This document shows positions 12,345 through 24,790 of a stretch of 64,000 bases of DNA, one piece after another. The translations under genes and the position numbers were made by a program. Each line of letters begins with the position of its first letter. Position 1 is the stretch's first letter. Where the stretch lies: NCBI RefSeq assembly GCF_009834535.1, contig NC_045714.1, forward strand, positions 7,068,001 to 7,132,000. Reading direction: 5' to 3'. A model generated the notes under the pieces. The model searched no databases and had not been told where the DNA came from. It saw only the letters and a program-made list of their open reading frames with translations. Source of the stretch: Camelus ferus (lineage: Eukaryota).

Positions 12345-12900
12345 AGCCGATCCTCCCTTCACTCCTTATTAGCCGCAGATCTTGGGCAAGTTATTGGAAC
12401 AACTCACGTCTGTTTTCTCACCTGTAAAGGTAGAAAGAAACAGTATATAAGCAAGTCAGATAGAAAAAGAAAAATACCATATGATATTGCGTATACGTGG
12501 GATCTGAAAAAAAAGGACACAAATGAAATTATCTACAAAACAGAAACAGACTCAGACATAGAGAACAAACGTATGGTTGCCAGAGGATGATGGGGGTGGG
12601 AAGGGATAAATTGGGATTTTGAAATTTGCACCTCTTGGGGAGTGACGGAAATGTTAGCTATCTTGATTGTGGTGGTGGTTTCATTGGTGCACACATCTCT
12701 CAAAATTCATCAAATTGTACATCTGAAGTATGTGTGGCTTACTATACAGGAATCACACCATAATAACAGTGTTAAAAAAAAAAGAAACAGTATATACCAC
12801 ACAAAGTTGTTACAAAGAGTACATGACACAATGTCCGTTAAGTCCTAGGAACAATGCCTAACATATTATAATCCATAAAGGCAAGCTAATAATAATAATA
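12345..12900 (+). mobile_element. MIR split by an L1 insertion
   Basis: gatcttgggcaagtta...ctcacctgtaaa on the left; gttgttacaaagagtacatgac...aacaatgcctaacata on the right. Confidence 0.7.
12450..12780 (+). mobile_element. 5'-truncated L1 (camelid/cetartiodactyl-like 3' UTR joined to an older L1M tail) with a 16-bp TSD
   Basis: TSD AAAGAAACAGTATATA at 12434-12449 and 12781-12796, poly(A), and gggtgggaagggataaattggga. Confidence 0.85.
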
Positions 12901-12904
12901 ATTT

Positions 12905-13790
12905 AATCATCGAATCCTCTGTGACTAGATGGTTTCCTAGTCTTTGCTTTTTAAGGTCGTGCTGTGAGCATCAACCCTTTTCTCAGGCTAAATTCTTAGA
13001 AGCAGAAATACTGGATTCAAGAACAGAAATATATGTGAAACTCATGCTATATAACACAGAGGTGCTTTCTGTAAAGGTTGTGCTAGTTTCTATTCCCGCC
13101 ATCCACTGAAATATTTTAAATACAGGTTCTGCCAAGATAGATGTTACTGTTATTTTCCATTCCTTTCATTAGAGACCTATGTCTTTTTCCTTTTCTAGTC
13201 CCTGGTCCTCACACTTATTTTAATATTATCCCCCATACCTCATATAAATGACATCTTTTTTCATTCTTTGCTGAGCCGGTGTATAGACAAAATGAGCATT
13301 GTTTAAAGTAACACGGGGTCTTTTGTTTAAAAAGAGTGATGCGGACACAGGTAAAGAGTGAGTGTTCCTTCTCTAATGTCCTGCCCACTACAGTAACTAT
13401 TAACAGGTTTTGTGGTGTCCTCTGGATTCTGTTAATAATCATTTGAAACTAATACAGTGAATAAATTATATATTCTTGTTATAAAAATGAAAACAGTGTT
13501 CAAATGCATTTATGAATACTTATTTAAAAATGACATCTTACTATTCTTAGCGAACGCAGAATGCTTTTTGCCTTGAGCCCTAAGTCGGGGTAAACTTCCG
13601 CACTGGTATGTGCAGATCCGCTCGGTTATTACCAATGTCCGCCGAACAGTCTACATCCTGATGACTTACCTCTAACCAGCATTAGTCAGTCATTCTCTAT
13701 TGATGGACAATTGTCTCCAGTTTGTTGATGTTATAATTTGGTGCATTCAATATCTTCGTATCTATATCCTTGCTTATTTGTTTATGGATA
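12905..13790 (-). mobile_element. L1ME fragments
   Basis: tttcctagtctttgc...aaggttgtgctagtttctattccc; ctattgatggacaattgtctccagttt. Confidence 0.55.
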
Positions 13791-15984
13791 AATATCTCAG
13801 TTTGGGGTGATGGGGGTGATTTAAAAAAATGCTAAGGCAGTCAGTAAGCAAAGACAGATAAGCTAAGATTTGAGAAAATACAGTTGCAATCTCTCTTTTC
13901 TCCTCAGCGGTTGTCTGAGGTGTTCCAACATAAATAATACATGTGCTTAATTAAAAAAAAAAATGACAACCACAAGCCGTTCCTGCCCAAATTTCAGTTT
14001 CAAATTCTTATGTACAAATGTTAATTGTGTCTTGTTTTTTTTTTCCTGCCTTTGGCATGAAGTTTAATTTTTAACCTAAACCACCTTTAAAACAAATAAT
14101 TTATTCCAAAGGTTTGCTATGTCATAATTGCCTGGTTATTTGGATGATGGATCTGTCATATCTGAAAACAGACTAGTTATCCTGTGAAATTTATTTCAAC
14201 ATGCATTACCTGAACCACACTGCATGGATAAATTTGATAAAAAAAAATATGATGGATTTAGAAGCACAATGCTCAGGTTTAGTATTTAGTCATTTTTATT
14301 ATATTGTTGAGTCAGAAATGTAGAAGAAGATCAGCAAAGGAACTGTTTCTGCATCTTAGAATTTTTGCCTGTTCTCTTGCCTGGGAAGGAGGTAATTCTA
14401 GCCCATAAGCTCTTGAATGCTTTACAAGTAATAGAACCCAAGTGGGAAAAGCACATTCTATATTTTAATGCTGACACCCTCATAGGAAAAAAAAATTAAA
14501 GATTCAGAATACTTGGCTGTGATTCAGTACCTAAACACTTCCTGGTGTTTTTCAGAATTCCCTGGAGACCCATAAATGCTTCCGTGCTGGAGGTACCCAT
14601 TGTCGCTGCACCCTTAGGCCAGTTTATCAAACTAACGAGCTCAAGAGTGATGCTATTTCCAGGCTCAACTCTGTGAGGGAGGGACAGAGAGAAAACAAAA
14701 CCAAAATTCAGACAGAAGAGTAATCCTAAGGGCCAGCCTGACAAAAAATTTATTAACTCATACACACCAAATCTTACCCAGAGTAATAGTCTTTGTGGAG
14801 ATTTTACTCTACAAATCTTATGCTAGTTCCTCTAGTCCAAGCATTATAGATAAAGCACTGTGGTTTTTACACTGGGTGATGTTTATTGATGTAGACTTAA
14901 AAAACAGTACTGTACAGTTTTTTCCACTAACAGAATATTTGCAAATAAGTGTGAAACGGATAGAATGCATTTTCCTTTTGTTAGGTCCCTAATGTGTCTT
15001 TTAAAAATTAACAGAAGGAGAAGGAGGTCATTACCTTAATTGAAAAAAAAAAAAAGGAGAAGGAGGTCCTAAGATTCATTGAGAGGAATTCTTTCTTTAC
15101 CTTGGAATTTGAATGATGGGTAAAATTGGGGGAAAATAGTGAGTTTCCACTGTAATTTGTGTCATTGAAACAACCATTATGTTAGAACAAATGATACAGT
15201 ATCAATAGATAATAGAAAATAGAACTTATACAGATGTGTATTTCTTAAAAGCTTTTGTGACCTATTATTTTCTAGCTATGTAGGCAAAAACTTGACACAT
15301 GTTAGATACACTTATATCGATAGTAACATATCATATAATTTAAAATAGTAAGTCCAACTTACAGTTTTGCCTGAGGCAATGCTGAATCATTTTGAAATTC
15401 AACTGATGTTTGTTTAAATAGACTATTCAAATATTGTCAATCAAAGATTAAAACAATTTCTCAGAGGTGACTTATTACAGTTTCAAAAATATTTACAACG
15501 TAACCAAATATGAATTTTGGGGGTTGTAAAGTTGTTCTTTTAGCACTACAAATTTGGGTTCTTTTTCATTTTCTTTCTTCTTTTTTTCTTTCCCCCTGCC
15601 CTCCTCTTCTTCCTTCTTCAACAAATTCACAGAAGTAGGAGGCCTTCTCTATTAACTTTATTGTTTATTAAAAAATTTTTTTTTCTTTTTCGCATATTTC
15701 AACATGTCATTTGGATGAAGCATGAAAAAATTTAATTTGTCCTATGTTTTTTCTTGTTTTACGGTAGAAAAACAAAACCAGTAAATACAAATAATCTGCT
15801 AATATTTCTTAACCTTTATACTCGTGTCCTAGAGAAGAATTTTCTTTTCCCGGAATGGCATTTAAAAAAAGAAAGTCAAGTATTATGTATATAACTGTTG
15901 CATTCTTGGTTACATTTTTAAAACTTAAAACCATTATTGTTTCTTTTTTTTTTCTTTGGCCACCAAAGAACTCTAACGGACAGA

Positions 15985-16150
15985 GCATATACCTGTCTCA
16001 TTAACCGCACTGCAGTGGTGGGCAGGTGTCACCGTCCCCACTTTATAGATTGGGAACTGTGGGTTCAGAGCAGCCAAATGACTGGACCCCAAAGCTCACA
16101 GTGAGCCCATGACAGGGCAATGATTTGTTCCTGCTGTTTTGACCTCTACT
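15985..16150 (-). mobile_element. MIR
   Basis: ccccactttatagattgggaactgtgggttcagag. Confidence 0.7.
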
Positions 16151-16189
16151 TCAGAGTTATGACTTCAGAGGTATTTTTGATTTCTGTCA

Positions 16190-16387
16190 GTGGCAAAGCA
16201 TGGGCTAAAATACCAGACAGCTTTGTGTTTGCATCTTGGCTGATGGCTGAGATTCCCTGGGCTTTATTCCCTCAACTATAAAAGAGGGTAATAATGTCTA
16301 CTCCGGAAGACTGTTGGGAAGACCATGTAAGATAATGATCTTGGAAAGCACTTAGCGCAGTGCTTGGCATGCAATACGTGCTCAGTC
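16190..16387 (+). mobile_element. MIR
   Basis: aaagcacttagcgcagtgcttggcatgcaatacgtgctca. Confidence 0.7.
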
Positions 16388-16729
16388 AGTATCATTCCAA
16401 AATGAGGAGTCGACAACATAAAATTTAGGATCTCGGGAGTTTGTGTGGGCAAGTCTAATACAATGAATGTTCCTCAGCAGTAGGAGAGTTGGTGGGATGG
16501 AGAAGCACCCCCAGGACCGCAGCCCTAGCTGGGATGTGTGGTCAGGTCTCTGGGCTATTCCTATGCCAGCTGCCTGTCCCCTGACCTCTTCAGGAGACAC
16601 CGGGTGTGCGCATCTCCCCGCCCTGACTACGGGGACCACGGGAAGACTGGCACAGCCTCTTTCCCTGGAACACCGATCAACCTAGACTTTGTTGGGTCAT
16701 GTCCTTAAGCAAGGAGATTGGTTGCACTG

Positions 16730-16870
16730 GAAAGAATATGAGGCTGTGGAACGGAGGGGACAGAGCTGAGAGCTCAGAGTTTGAATCCCGACTCCACTCC
16801 TCACTGGCTTTGTGACCTTAGGCAAGTAGCTTAAACCTCTAGCAACAACTTCTCACCTATAACAGTGGGC
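16730..16870 (+). mobile_element. MIR
   Basis: gtttgaatcccgactcc...tgtgaccttaggcaagtagcttaaacctct. Confidence 0.75.
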
Positions 16871-17064
16871 ATAGCCCAGTCGTCCTCTGTGGGCTTCCCT
16901 GCCCCACATCTGGAGAAGCGTCCACCTCTGGTTCCAAGGTTTCTTCTGGTGCCCAGCTCTCCCTTCAATACCTTTGCTGCATCCCTGGGAGACTTTGATC
17001 CAGACACCATCTGCTGGAAGACAAGGGAAGCCCCAAAAAACAAAGTTTACTCAAAAAGTTAATC

Positions 17065-17190
17065 ATTTAATTAACATCCATCTTACCTTCTTGATTGTAA
17101 ACTCCCTGAGGGCAGGGGCTGTGTTTGCTTCTCTCCCTGCTGGATAAGGGGCCAGATGGCACAGGGGCGTGTGCTCAGCAGGTGTGCTCT
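17065..17190 (+). mobile_element. L2 3' end
   Basis: gattgtaaactccctgagggcaggggctgtgt...gtgctcag. Confidence 0.65.
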
Positions 17191-17305
17191 GACTGTCCAG
17201 TGACTGGCCCCAGCAGTGACTCAGAGTTAATCTTTCTAGCCGCACACAGTAAGGGTCCCCCCCCCCCCCCCCGCCAAAGGGCAGCTGAAATGTGCTTTTT
17301 GATAT

Positions 17306-17319
17306 ATGCCACCTGGTGG
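17306..17319 (-). promoter_or_regulatory. CTCF motif
   Basis: Reverse complement CCACCAGGTGGCAT fits the CTCF core. Motif only; occupancy unknown. Confidence 0.5.
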
Positions 17320-17489
17320 AGATTGTTGGATTCATTTGTCTGTGATCCTGACAAATAGGAATCCTTACTTTTAATAGGTTAAAAGGAATGGTTACTTATG
17401 GACCATTGATTGGGTACCTACTTAATAGATTAAAAGACTGAATTTAATTTACTTAAAAAGTGATAATACATGATTTCCAGTATTGTCTG

Positions 17490-17758
17490 TAGAGCTCAGT
17501 CTCCCCAAACGTCTGCAAGACCTTTTGCCATAGATATGTGAAATGTGTACTATTATTTATTTTTACAAAATGAACTCGTTTAAGAAAATAAACCTAAATG
17601 ACTATCCGAGCATCCTCTTCCATATGACTGTCTATGAAATCACAGATTTGCTGTGCCAAATTTCTCCTAATACACGGGAAAATAAATATTTACCTGGGGG
17701 AGTATAGACTCATCCTTTACATCAATTGAGTGTGTGTAGCACACTTTGGGGAACCCCA
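17490..17758. mobile_element. hAT-Charlie-type fragment
   Basis: cagtctccccaaac...cacactttggggaacc terminal-like motifs. Confidence 0.4.
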
Positions 17759-17875
17759 GATGCGTCACTACTGAAGCCATGTTTTATGGGTTGTACCTGT
17801 TTGTTACATGTAGGAGGTTGGGGTCTCTAAATTCAGAGCTGTCGCCCCCTCTGGAAAGGAAAGGTGGTAGCTGGC

Positions 17876-17925
17876 TAGGGTGACCAGAGGGTCCCGGTTT
17901 GCCCAGGACGTTTCACTGCAAGTCC
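17876..17925. mobile_element. MER81/MER94-like hAT-Blackjack terminus
   Basis: tagggtgaccagagggtcccggtttgcccaggac. Confidence 0.65.
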
Positions 17926-18142
17926 ACCCCCTGGGAACCCCTCAGCCCTGGGTGCCCTCTAGGTGGCACACTCATAATTTACAGCCACCGTCTTTTTAGA
18001 TTTGGCTCAGTTAGTCCAAAGACCTTGGGACCAGGAAGCAATGGCAAGGAGGAGACAAATAAAAACCATCCTAGATGTGGAGGTAGGAAAACTGGGTTTA
18101 AGAAACGGACTCTATTGCTCATACATTTCTTAATTGTCTTAA

Positions 18143-18610
18143 TTTGGGTTTCTCCGGTAGCAGATCCTGAGATACAGATTCAAGTGCAAGGAGATAATTT
18201 GGGAGCTGATCCCAGGAAACACCCGTAAAGGAGTAGGGCAGTGAGACTAGGACTGTAAACAGCCAATACAAGATGTGCTACCAAGCAAGTTAGCACTTCG
18301 AGTAACTGGAGCCTCATCCCTCATGGGAACTCCAGGAGCTGGAATGGATTGCATGCTGCCCCTACAGGAGGGAGAGGGAGCTGGGGGATTTATACACCAA
18401 TTTCTGTTCGTCATTGGTTGAGAACTGCTCCTAGGGAGGTTAATTCTCCAGGACTACTGGTCTGCCCTGAGTGCATAAGGGGAGTGGTCCCTCCACAAGA
18501 AAGAGCCCCCAGGCAAAGAGATGGGATGCTGGCAGTGAGAAGCTGCTCTAGAAAGCACTGCAATGGAAACACCTGGGCTGTGGGCAGACACTGACCAGGT
18601 CTGCTCCAAC
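18143..18610 (-). mobile_element. LTR16-family ERVL LTR
   Basis: gggagctgggggatttatacaccaatttctgttcgtcattggttgagaactgct; tttgggagctgatcccaggaaacac. Confidence 0.8.
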
Positions 18611-19737
18611 AGCCTTGGGCTATTCTTGAGTTTTATTTTCTTCCATCATTTGAGAAGCTGTGGATGTGGACCACTGCCAGTAATGTAGATGATTTTGGTG
18701 CTACATGGACAGAGCTTCAAATAACACTGAATCCTGATTTGTTCAGTCCTTCTAGAAACATGGACGAGAAAGTCTACCTTGGGTGCTGCTTTGTCCTGAA
18801 CACCTGTCTTCTCTTGCAACCTCCTCTTTCTCATAAAAGAGACCAAACCCCAATGCAAAACCCAGTTTCTAGAATGTAATCCTACCATTTTCTTTTAATT
18901 TTGTTTATTTTTAGGGTTAGTTTCTATTTATGGTATGTGACCTTGGTCTTTAAATAAGGGTCGAGCTGATGAAAGACAAACATGAAGGGAATAACGGTGC
19001 AGATGGTCAAAGTCGTGAAGGTGAGATGCTGAGTAACATAAACTCTAAATGCGCTCCTGCTTCTGGAGTTCCGTGTTTCTGTCGCTTTGAGAACGTTGTT
19101 GTTTTGGTGAAATTCCTGCTGTTGACCTTTTGGATCCTGTATTAAACCTTTTCAGTGTTTGAGGGTTTAAACTCTTCCCCCTTCACCTGTGTGATGAGCT
19201 CTTTAGTATACCAAATAGGGGCAAACTAGGATCGATGGTTGTGTAAGGATGGCCAGTCTCAGGAATTTTCTGAAATACGCTGCGACAGGCTTCCTCAGCA
19301 CCTTTCAATTCTGCCTAAAGAGGGGTTTTAATTTGGTCATTATCATTGTCTGCGTCAGGCCGCAGACAGCATCTGCAGACTTGTGCTGAAGGCCAGAGAA
19401 GTTTTTGTAAATGTACCCTCATCTTATATTCATTTGGAAGTCAGACGTGCCAAATTCAAGGGTTTCTAAACAAGGAAGGGCATTTTAATAAGAAAAAGTG
19501 ATTGTTTCAAGCCTTGATATGTTTTGAGAAGAAAAAAGATATTTTAAAGACTAACCAATTGCATTTAACTTAATAGTTGAAGAGGGGAAACATTGGAAAA
19601 TGCAGTGGTTTTAATGAAGAATGCTGTGATTTGAAGCAATATATTCTAAGCATAGTCTGTTTTAACGATAGCAAATCTGAGATGCAACGTTTTCTGGAAA
19701 TAGGTCAAGTTCCGGTATTTTGTATAAACACTCTATC

Positions 19738-19751
19738 CCACTAGAGGGCGC
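19738..19751 (+). promoter_or_regulatory. CTCF motif
   Basis: CCACTAGAGGGCGC is near-consensus and lies in unique sequence. Motif only. Confidence 0.65.
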
Positions 19752-20629
19752 TCTTTAGTCGTATATTTAATATTCTCTACCTTTTGGTAAAAATAATGAA
19801 AAAAATGATGATAGGGCTATGAATTCTCATACAATTCTTGTTGAGCATGTTATGAAATTTTCTCCTAGACATTGTTTTATTTTCAGCTTATATGTGTGAA
19901 ATTCCACTTTAAGAAGAATAACATGATCCTGAATCTTTCAATATGTATAAAATCCCCGTGGTATTACGGTACCATAGAAGCCAAGACATAAGTTTAAATT
20001 ATTGTCATCCCATAGATCTTGTGACTATTGTTTCTCTGTATATGCTGCTGCACAAAGAAAATTTATTGTAAATATTAATACCATCCGCTTAGATCCTTTG
20101 TGAGAAGACAAAGAGGGGCAGTGTGATCTAGGTGGGTGCTTCTGCCAGTTTTTCCAGAGTGACTTTTGTTGTCTCAGCCAATGTTCCAGGATGTTCTTTT
20201 AATTTGTTTTTCCGGATTTCAGTCTGTTCAGCGTGTATTGTTTTAGCTCCCTGATAACCATGGCCTACTTTTCTTTGATTCTGTTCTTCTAGATTCTCCT
20301 CCTTTCCCTTTAGATTTGGGCTCTCAGACTACACTGAATGAACCACACCGAAGCCTGCCACCTTTAAGAATGAATTATGAGTCCCCTTTCCGATTTTCAG
20401 AAAAGAAAAGTAAATTAATCAATAGGAGTTTCTCAATTTACGTTGTTTCACTGCATTACGTTTTTCTTAAACTGTTACGGTTTAAGGCTATAGCTTAATA
20501 CGATACTGACATAATGCAGACATGCAAAATGCAGCTATTTAAAGTTTTATACGTTGGTCTCCGTGGTGTTCTACAGAAGACTTCATCTGCACGTGTTTGG
20601 GAATTCTGACTTTGTCCTGAAATTACAGT

Positions 20630-21180
20630 TCTTTTTTATTTTTATACTTACATATATAATACAGGAACATACGCTTTCATAAAAATTCAAACAATAAACA
20701 ATTCATAACATGATTTTTAACACAGAGGTAAACATTACAGTCCCTCTTTATGCTTTCCTGAAAATCCTCCTTCTTCCCCAGAAGGAATCACCGTTCCCCT
20801 GTGTAGACTGCAGACCTTTCCTGTGTGTTTCTGTAGTTTAAAAACAAACTGTTTAGATTTTTTTTTATTACTTTTACCTTATGGAATTATAGCCTCTGTA
20901 TTGATATGTCCCTTTTCCTAGTTAACAAGAAAAGAAAATGTCTTTTCTTTCACTGTGTGTAGATCTATCTTGTTCTTCACAACCACTGGAAAATATTCCA
21001 CAGTCTCTGTGGATGTTCTTTCATTTATGTCCAGAGATTGAGGTTGAATCCAATTTTTAAAATATTTTGCACAGCCCTGCAGGAGACACCTTTGTTTGTG
21101 TATCTTTGGCGCCACGTTGGTGGCTCTGCTGAATGAACCTCTGGGTGGCGGGGGAGTGTCTCCAGGTCACAAAGTCAGTT
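20630..21180 (-). mobile_element. L1ME 3' region
   Basis: tttcactgtgtgtagatctatcttgttcttcacaaccactgg...gttgaatccaattttt. Confidence 0.6.
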
Positions 21181-21739
21181 CACCCTTTATTATTATCAGT
21201 GATTCTACCTTCAGAATAATCTTCTCCCCCTTCTCACCCTCAGGAGTCACCTAATAAACCTCCAGCCTGGGAGATGATCACAGAAGCTTGTGAGGACGAG
21301 GGAAAGCCTGGACGTGTGGATGCGGTGGGAAAGCTCAGCTCCGTTTCTCAGGGACATGGCTGTGCCCGAGCTGATTTGGTCTCTCAGAGAGAAGTGGCAT
21401 TTGAGGCCGTTAATCTGCTAAGGTAAACGTTCCCTGGTTGAAGAAGAAATGGGAATTCAGCTCTGAACACTTGTGGAGTATCTGATCTGTGTAAGCTACG
21501 GTGCCAGTCATGGCTTGAATTAAAAACAAGAAAAGAGTTAAATAGAGTCTGTGTTCACAGAGGGGGGCCGTAGCAGGGCTGGGTAAACTGAGAACACAAC
21601 TAAATCTAATCCCCAGCAGGAGAGCGAGAGACAGTGGAGCAGGCCAGAGAGCGAGAGAGGCCGACTAGAGACACCACTGAGCTGTGGATGCACTTGAGGG
21701 ATGCGGCAGCCCTGACAGGTCTTGAAAGATGGGCAGACC

Positions 21740-22085
21740 TCCATCTGTGATAATGAAGGAGGGATGGGAGTAGCTGGGGTGGATGAACCATCATTTGAAA
21801 ATGATACATGTGCAGTCCCTTCCTACTTTCTCCCTTTGGTCCCTTGGCCTTTCTTATTCTTCCTATCTGGAGGACAGATGTGAATCCTGGAGGAGAAGCA
21901 GCCTTTTTGTGACCATGCGGATCAATGCCTTAGGCTGAGGGTGTTGGAGCAGAAAGAAGGAAAGGTCTGAGGGCTTCACTGACCAGCCCTGGCCTAAAAA
22001 CCTCTGGACTTCCTGTTGTAGAAAACAAATTACTTTTTAGGCCACTGGTTTAGAGTTTTCAGTTATTTGCAGCCAAAACTATTCT
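21740..22085 (+). mobile_element. MLT1J-like LTR
   Basis: cctctggacttcctgttgtag...ttttaggccactgg...gttatttgcagccaaaac. Confidence 0.65.
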
Positions 22086-22240
22086 TTTTTTAAAAAAAAT
22101 ATTGGGGTAAAATTCATATGACATAAAACTAACCATTTTAAAGTGAATCCAACTCAGTGACATTTAGTACATTCACAGCGCTGTGCAACTACCACCTCTA
22201 CGTAGTTTCAAAACATTTTTATCCCCCTCCAACCAAAAGA
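22086..22240 (-). mobile_element. L1MB 3' end
   Basis: ggggtaaaattcatatgacataaaactaaccattttaaagtgaa...acatttagtacattcacagcgctgtgcaac. Confidence 0.8.
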
Positions 22241-22319
22241 ATTCTTAACTGACACAGGTGTTAGACTGATATTGTCTTACTGAATGCACCCAACAGTCCT
22301 AACAAGGTGGGTACTGGTA

Positions 22320-22830
22320 CCAGACACTTTCTGCCCAGTGTGCATTCTTCCTTGTCCTGGTAACAGCACGTAATTTCCCTCCGGGGAACAGTGTCTTCCC
22401 CACAGTCTATCCACATGATCTGAGTCGTGTTGACACCCTCCTGGCTCTGCCGTGGGCGTGTGGATGACCAGAGCATCGCTGACTCAGGGATAAGTTGAGG
22501 GATGGGCACATGACACAGTGTGGGCCAATGTTCAAATGGCTGGAGAGGAGTGTTCTATTTTTCATCACAAAAATATGTACACCATGGGCACCAGGCCACC
22601 CTCCTGCCCCCATCTGGAGCTGGTCAGCCTGAGTGTGATGCTGACAGAGGGGGCCAGAGCCAAGAAACAGAGTTACCAGGTCCCGATGAGAGTTTTGAGC
22701 TCCCAAATCTGGCTGGGTTAAAAGTCAGCTCTATCTTCAATATTTTAAAATATTTGAGTCGATGAGTCTTTTTCTCTCTTAAGCTCATTTGAATGGGATT
22801 TTCTGTCACTTACACTCTGAAGAGCACTGC
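22320..22830 (+). mobile_element. MLT1K/L-like LTR
   Basis: gggatgggcacatgacacagtgtgggccaatg...aagctcatttgaatgggattttctgtcacttac. Confidence 0.6.
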
Positions 22831-22854
22831 CTCTCCCTGGAGCAGCAGTCTAGC

Positions 22855-22980
22855 TCCCCCATTTCACAGGTGTGGAACTTGAGTTCCAGGATGATATAGT
22901 TTGCCCAAGACCATCTAGCTTTGAACTCAGGTCCGGATCCCTCCAAGGCTGGTCAGTTTTATCACTAAGAAATCATTTAC
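22855..22980 (-). mobile_element. MIR
   Basis: ccccatttcacaggtgtggaacttgag...tttgcccaagacc. Confidence 0.65.
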
Positions 22981-23438
22981 CTACCTCTACTCCATGCTGG
23001 CTGTGTCCACAGACAGGAGTCAAGTTCCACCGTCTTGTTAGTGAATGTGAATCCATGATTCTCTCGGGTCCCAGGCTGAGAACACTTGCTGGAGTGTAGG
23101 CGAAAAGAAAAGAAACATTTCCTTGAACAGATTAATTTGGGGACTTGGTACTTTTAATTAGCTATTTTTGAGTGAGGTACAGCAACCTCAGTGGGTTATT
23201 TATTTGATTGCACATGACTCTGAAGCAAAACAGCTTTGATTTGGTTTCCTGCTGACCAGATGATCTGTATCGTCAGGCAGTTGGTAGAGGGCTTCCTAAT
23301 TACAAGAAATAAAAAGAAAAATCTGAGCCTTCCTCCTTCCCCGCCAGCATTCTTTGCAAAACATGCTTTGTTAGGCCCTGGACTAGTTCACTACAATGTG
23401 TCACTAGCAAAATATCGAAGAGGCAGAAGAGCCTGATG

Positions 23439-23578
23439 NNNNNNNNNNNNNNNNNNNNNNNNNNNNNNNNNNNNNNNNNNNNNNNNNNNNNNNNNNNNNN
23501 NNNNNNNNNNNNNNNNNNNNNNNNNNNNNNNNNNNNNNNNNNNNNNNNNNNNNNNNNNNNNNNNNNNNNNNNNNNNNN
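23439..23578. other. N-run (140 nt), role ambiguous
   Basis: A minus-strand acceptor (ctctcctcag|, exon would start at 23621) lies 43 nt upstream. On the plus strand GT follows the gap directly. Confidence 0.3.
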
Positions 23579-24049
23579 GTATTTGACACTTCCCCACCTT
23601 GTGCTGGCAGGAGCTGTCTCTCTGAGGAGAGGCGCTGAGAGAGGGGAAGTCGGCCTCCAGCGGAGAAGTGGGTGGCCTCTGAAAGCTCGCTTGTGAGTTT
23701 GTGGGCTGTTGCCCAGCACACATCTTCCCACAGTGAGGATGGCGTTTCGCGCCCTGCGTTCATACTCAAAAGCCAAGTGAACCCCATTTTATCAATTAAG
23801 GGGTTTTGGTTGCAAATCATAGAAACTACCTTTAGTTAATTTAAGCCAAATTACCGGAAGGATACTGGGAGCTCTGAGTCAGTGGGAAGGCTGAGGGACC
23901 ACGCTTTTCAAGAGGCAGCTCCGGAGAGCGACAGAGCAGACCCACAGCAACAGCCACCACCTTGGTGTCCGTCGTCAACCCATCTACCCCAAACCTGGTC
24001 CTCCTTGCGCTCCTCCACCTCAGCAAACGGTTCCTCAGGCCAGCATATT

Positions 24050-24790
24050 GGGATTATCCTTGGCTCTCCCATCGCTCTCACTTCCCACCCAGCCTCTCAG
24101 TAAACTCGGTTAGCTCCACCTTCTAAATACATACAGAATCGGATTACTTTCCAGACCCGGTTCTAGGCAGTACCATTTCTCACCTGAAATTTTGCCATGG
24201 CCTCCTCGCTGGTCTTCTTGCTTCCCTGCTCAGTCTACACTCCACCCAGCAGCCAGCAGGATTACGTCAAACCCTAAGTCAGATCATGTTCCTCCCTCCA
24301 AGGTTTTCTCGTGTCTTAGGAAGTAGCTTGATCTGACTGGATCTGGCTCCTGCCATCTCTCCAGCCTTCTCAGCCATCACCTTTCCATTCCATCCTTCTG
24401 CCGCAGCCACACTGACTTCCTCCTCACTGTTCCTTAAACACTCCAAGCATGAACCTGCCTCAGGGCCTTTGCACCTGCTTTGCCTTCTGCCTGGAACACT
24501 TTTGTCAGAGCTTCTCTGTTCAAATATAGTTTCCTTAGAGGGGCCTTCTCTGAGCAGCCGCTAAAACAAAAGCCACCTTCCCCCACCCCTCTCACAATCT
24601 GTCCCCTTCACCCTACTTTATTTTCCTTTTTAGCCTGGTCACCACTTGATGTGTTTGTAGTCTAACTCCCTCTCTTAGGATATAAGCTACTTGAAGTTGT
24701 CTGTTTTCTTCTGCTCCATGTCCTCATACTGGAACATATTAGGTGCTCAGTAACTTTTTTTTTTTGGAATGAATGGATGAATGCATGCAT
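24050..24790 (+). mobile_element. L2 3' portion
   Basis: cctgcctcagggcctttgcacctgct...gtgctcagtaac...gaatgaatggatgaatg. Confidence 0.85.

Noticed and set aside
18646-18888. Overlapping 71-80 aa ORFs on both strands
   Set aside because: No recognisable protein, no consistent splice pair, and length expected by chance.
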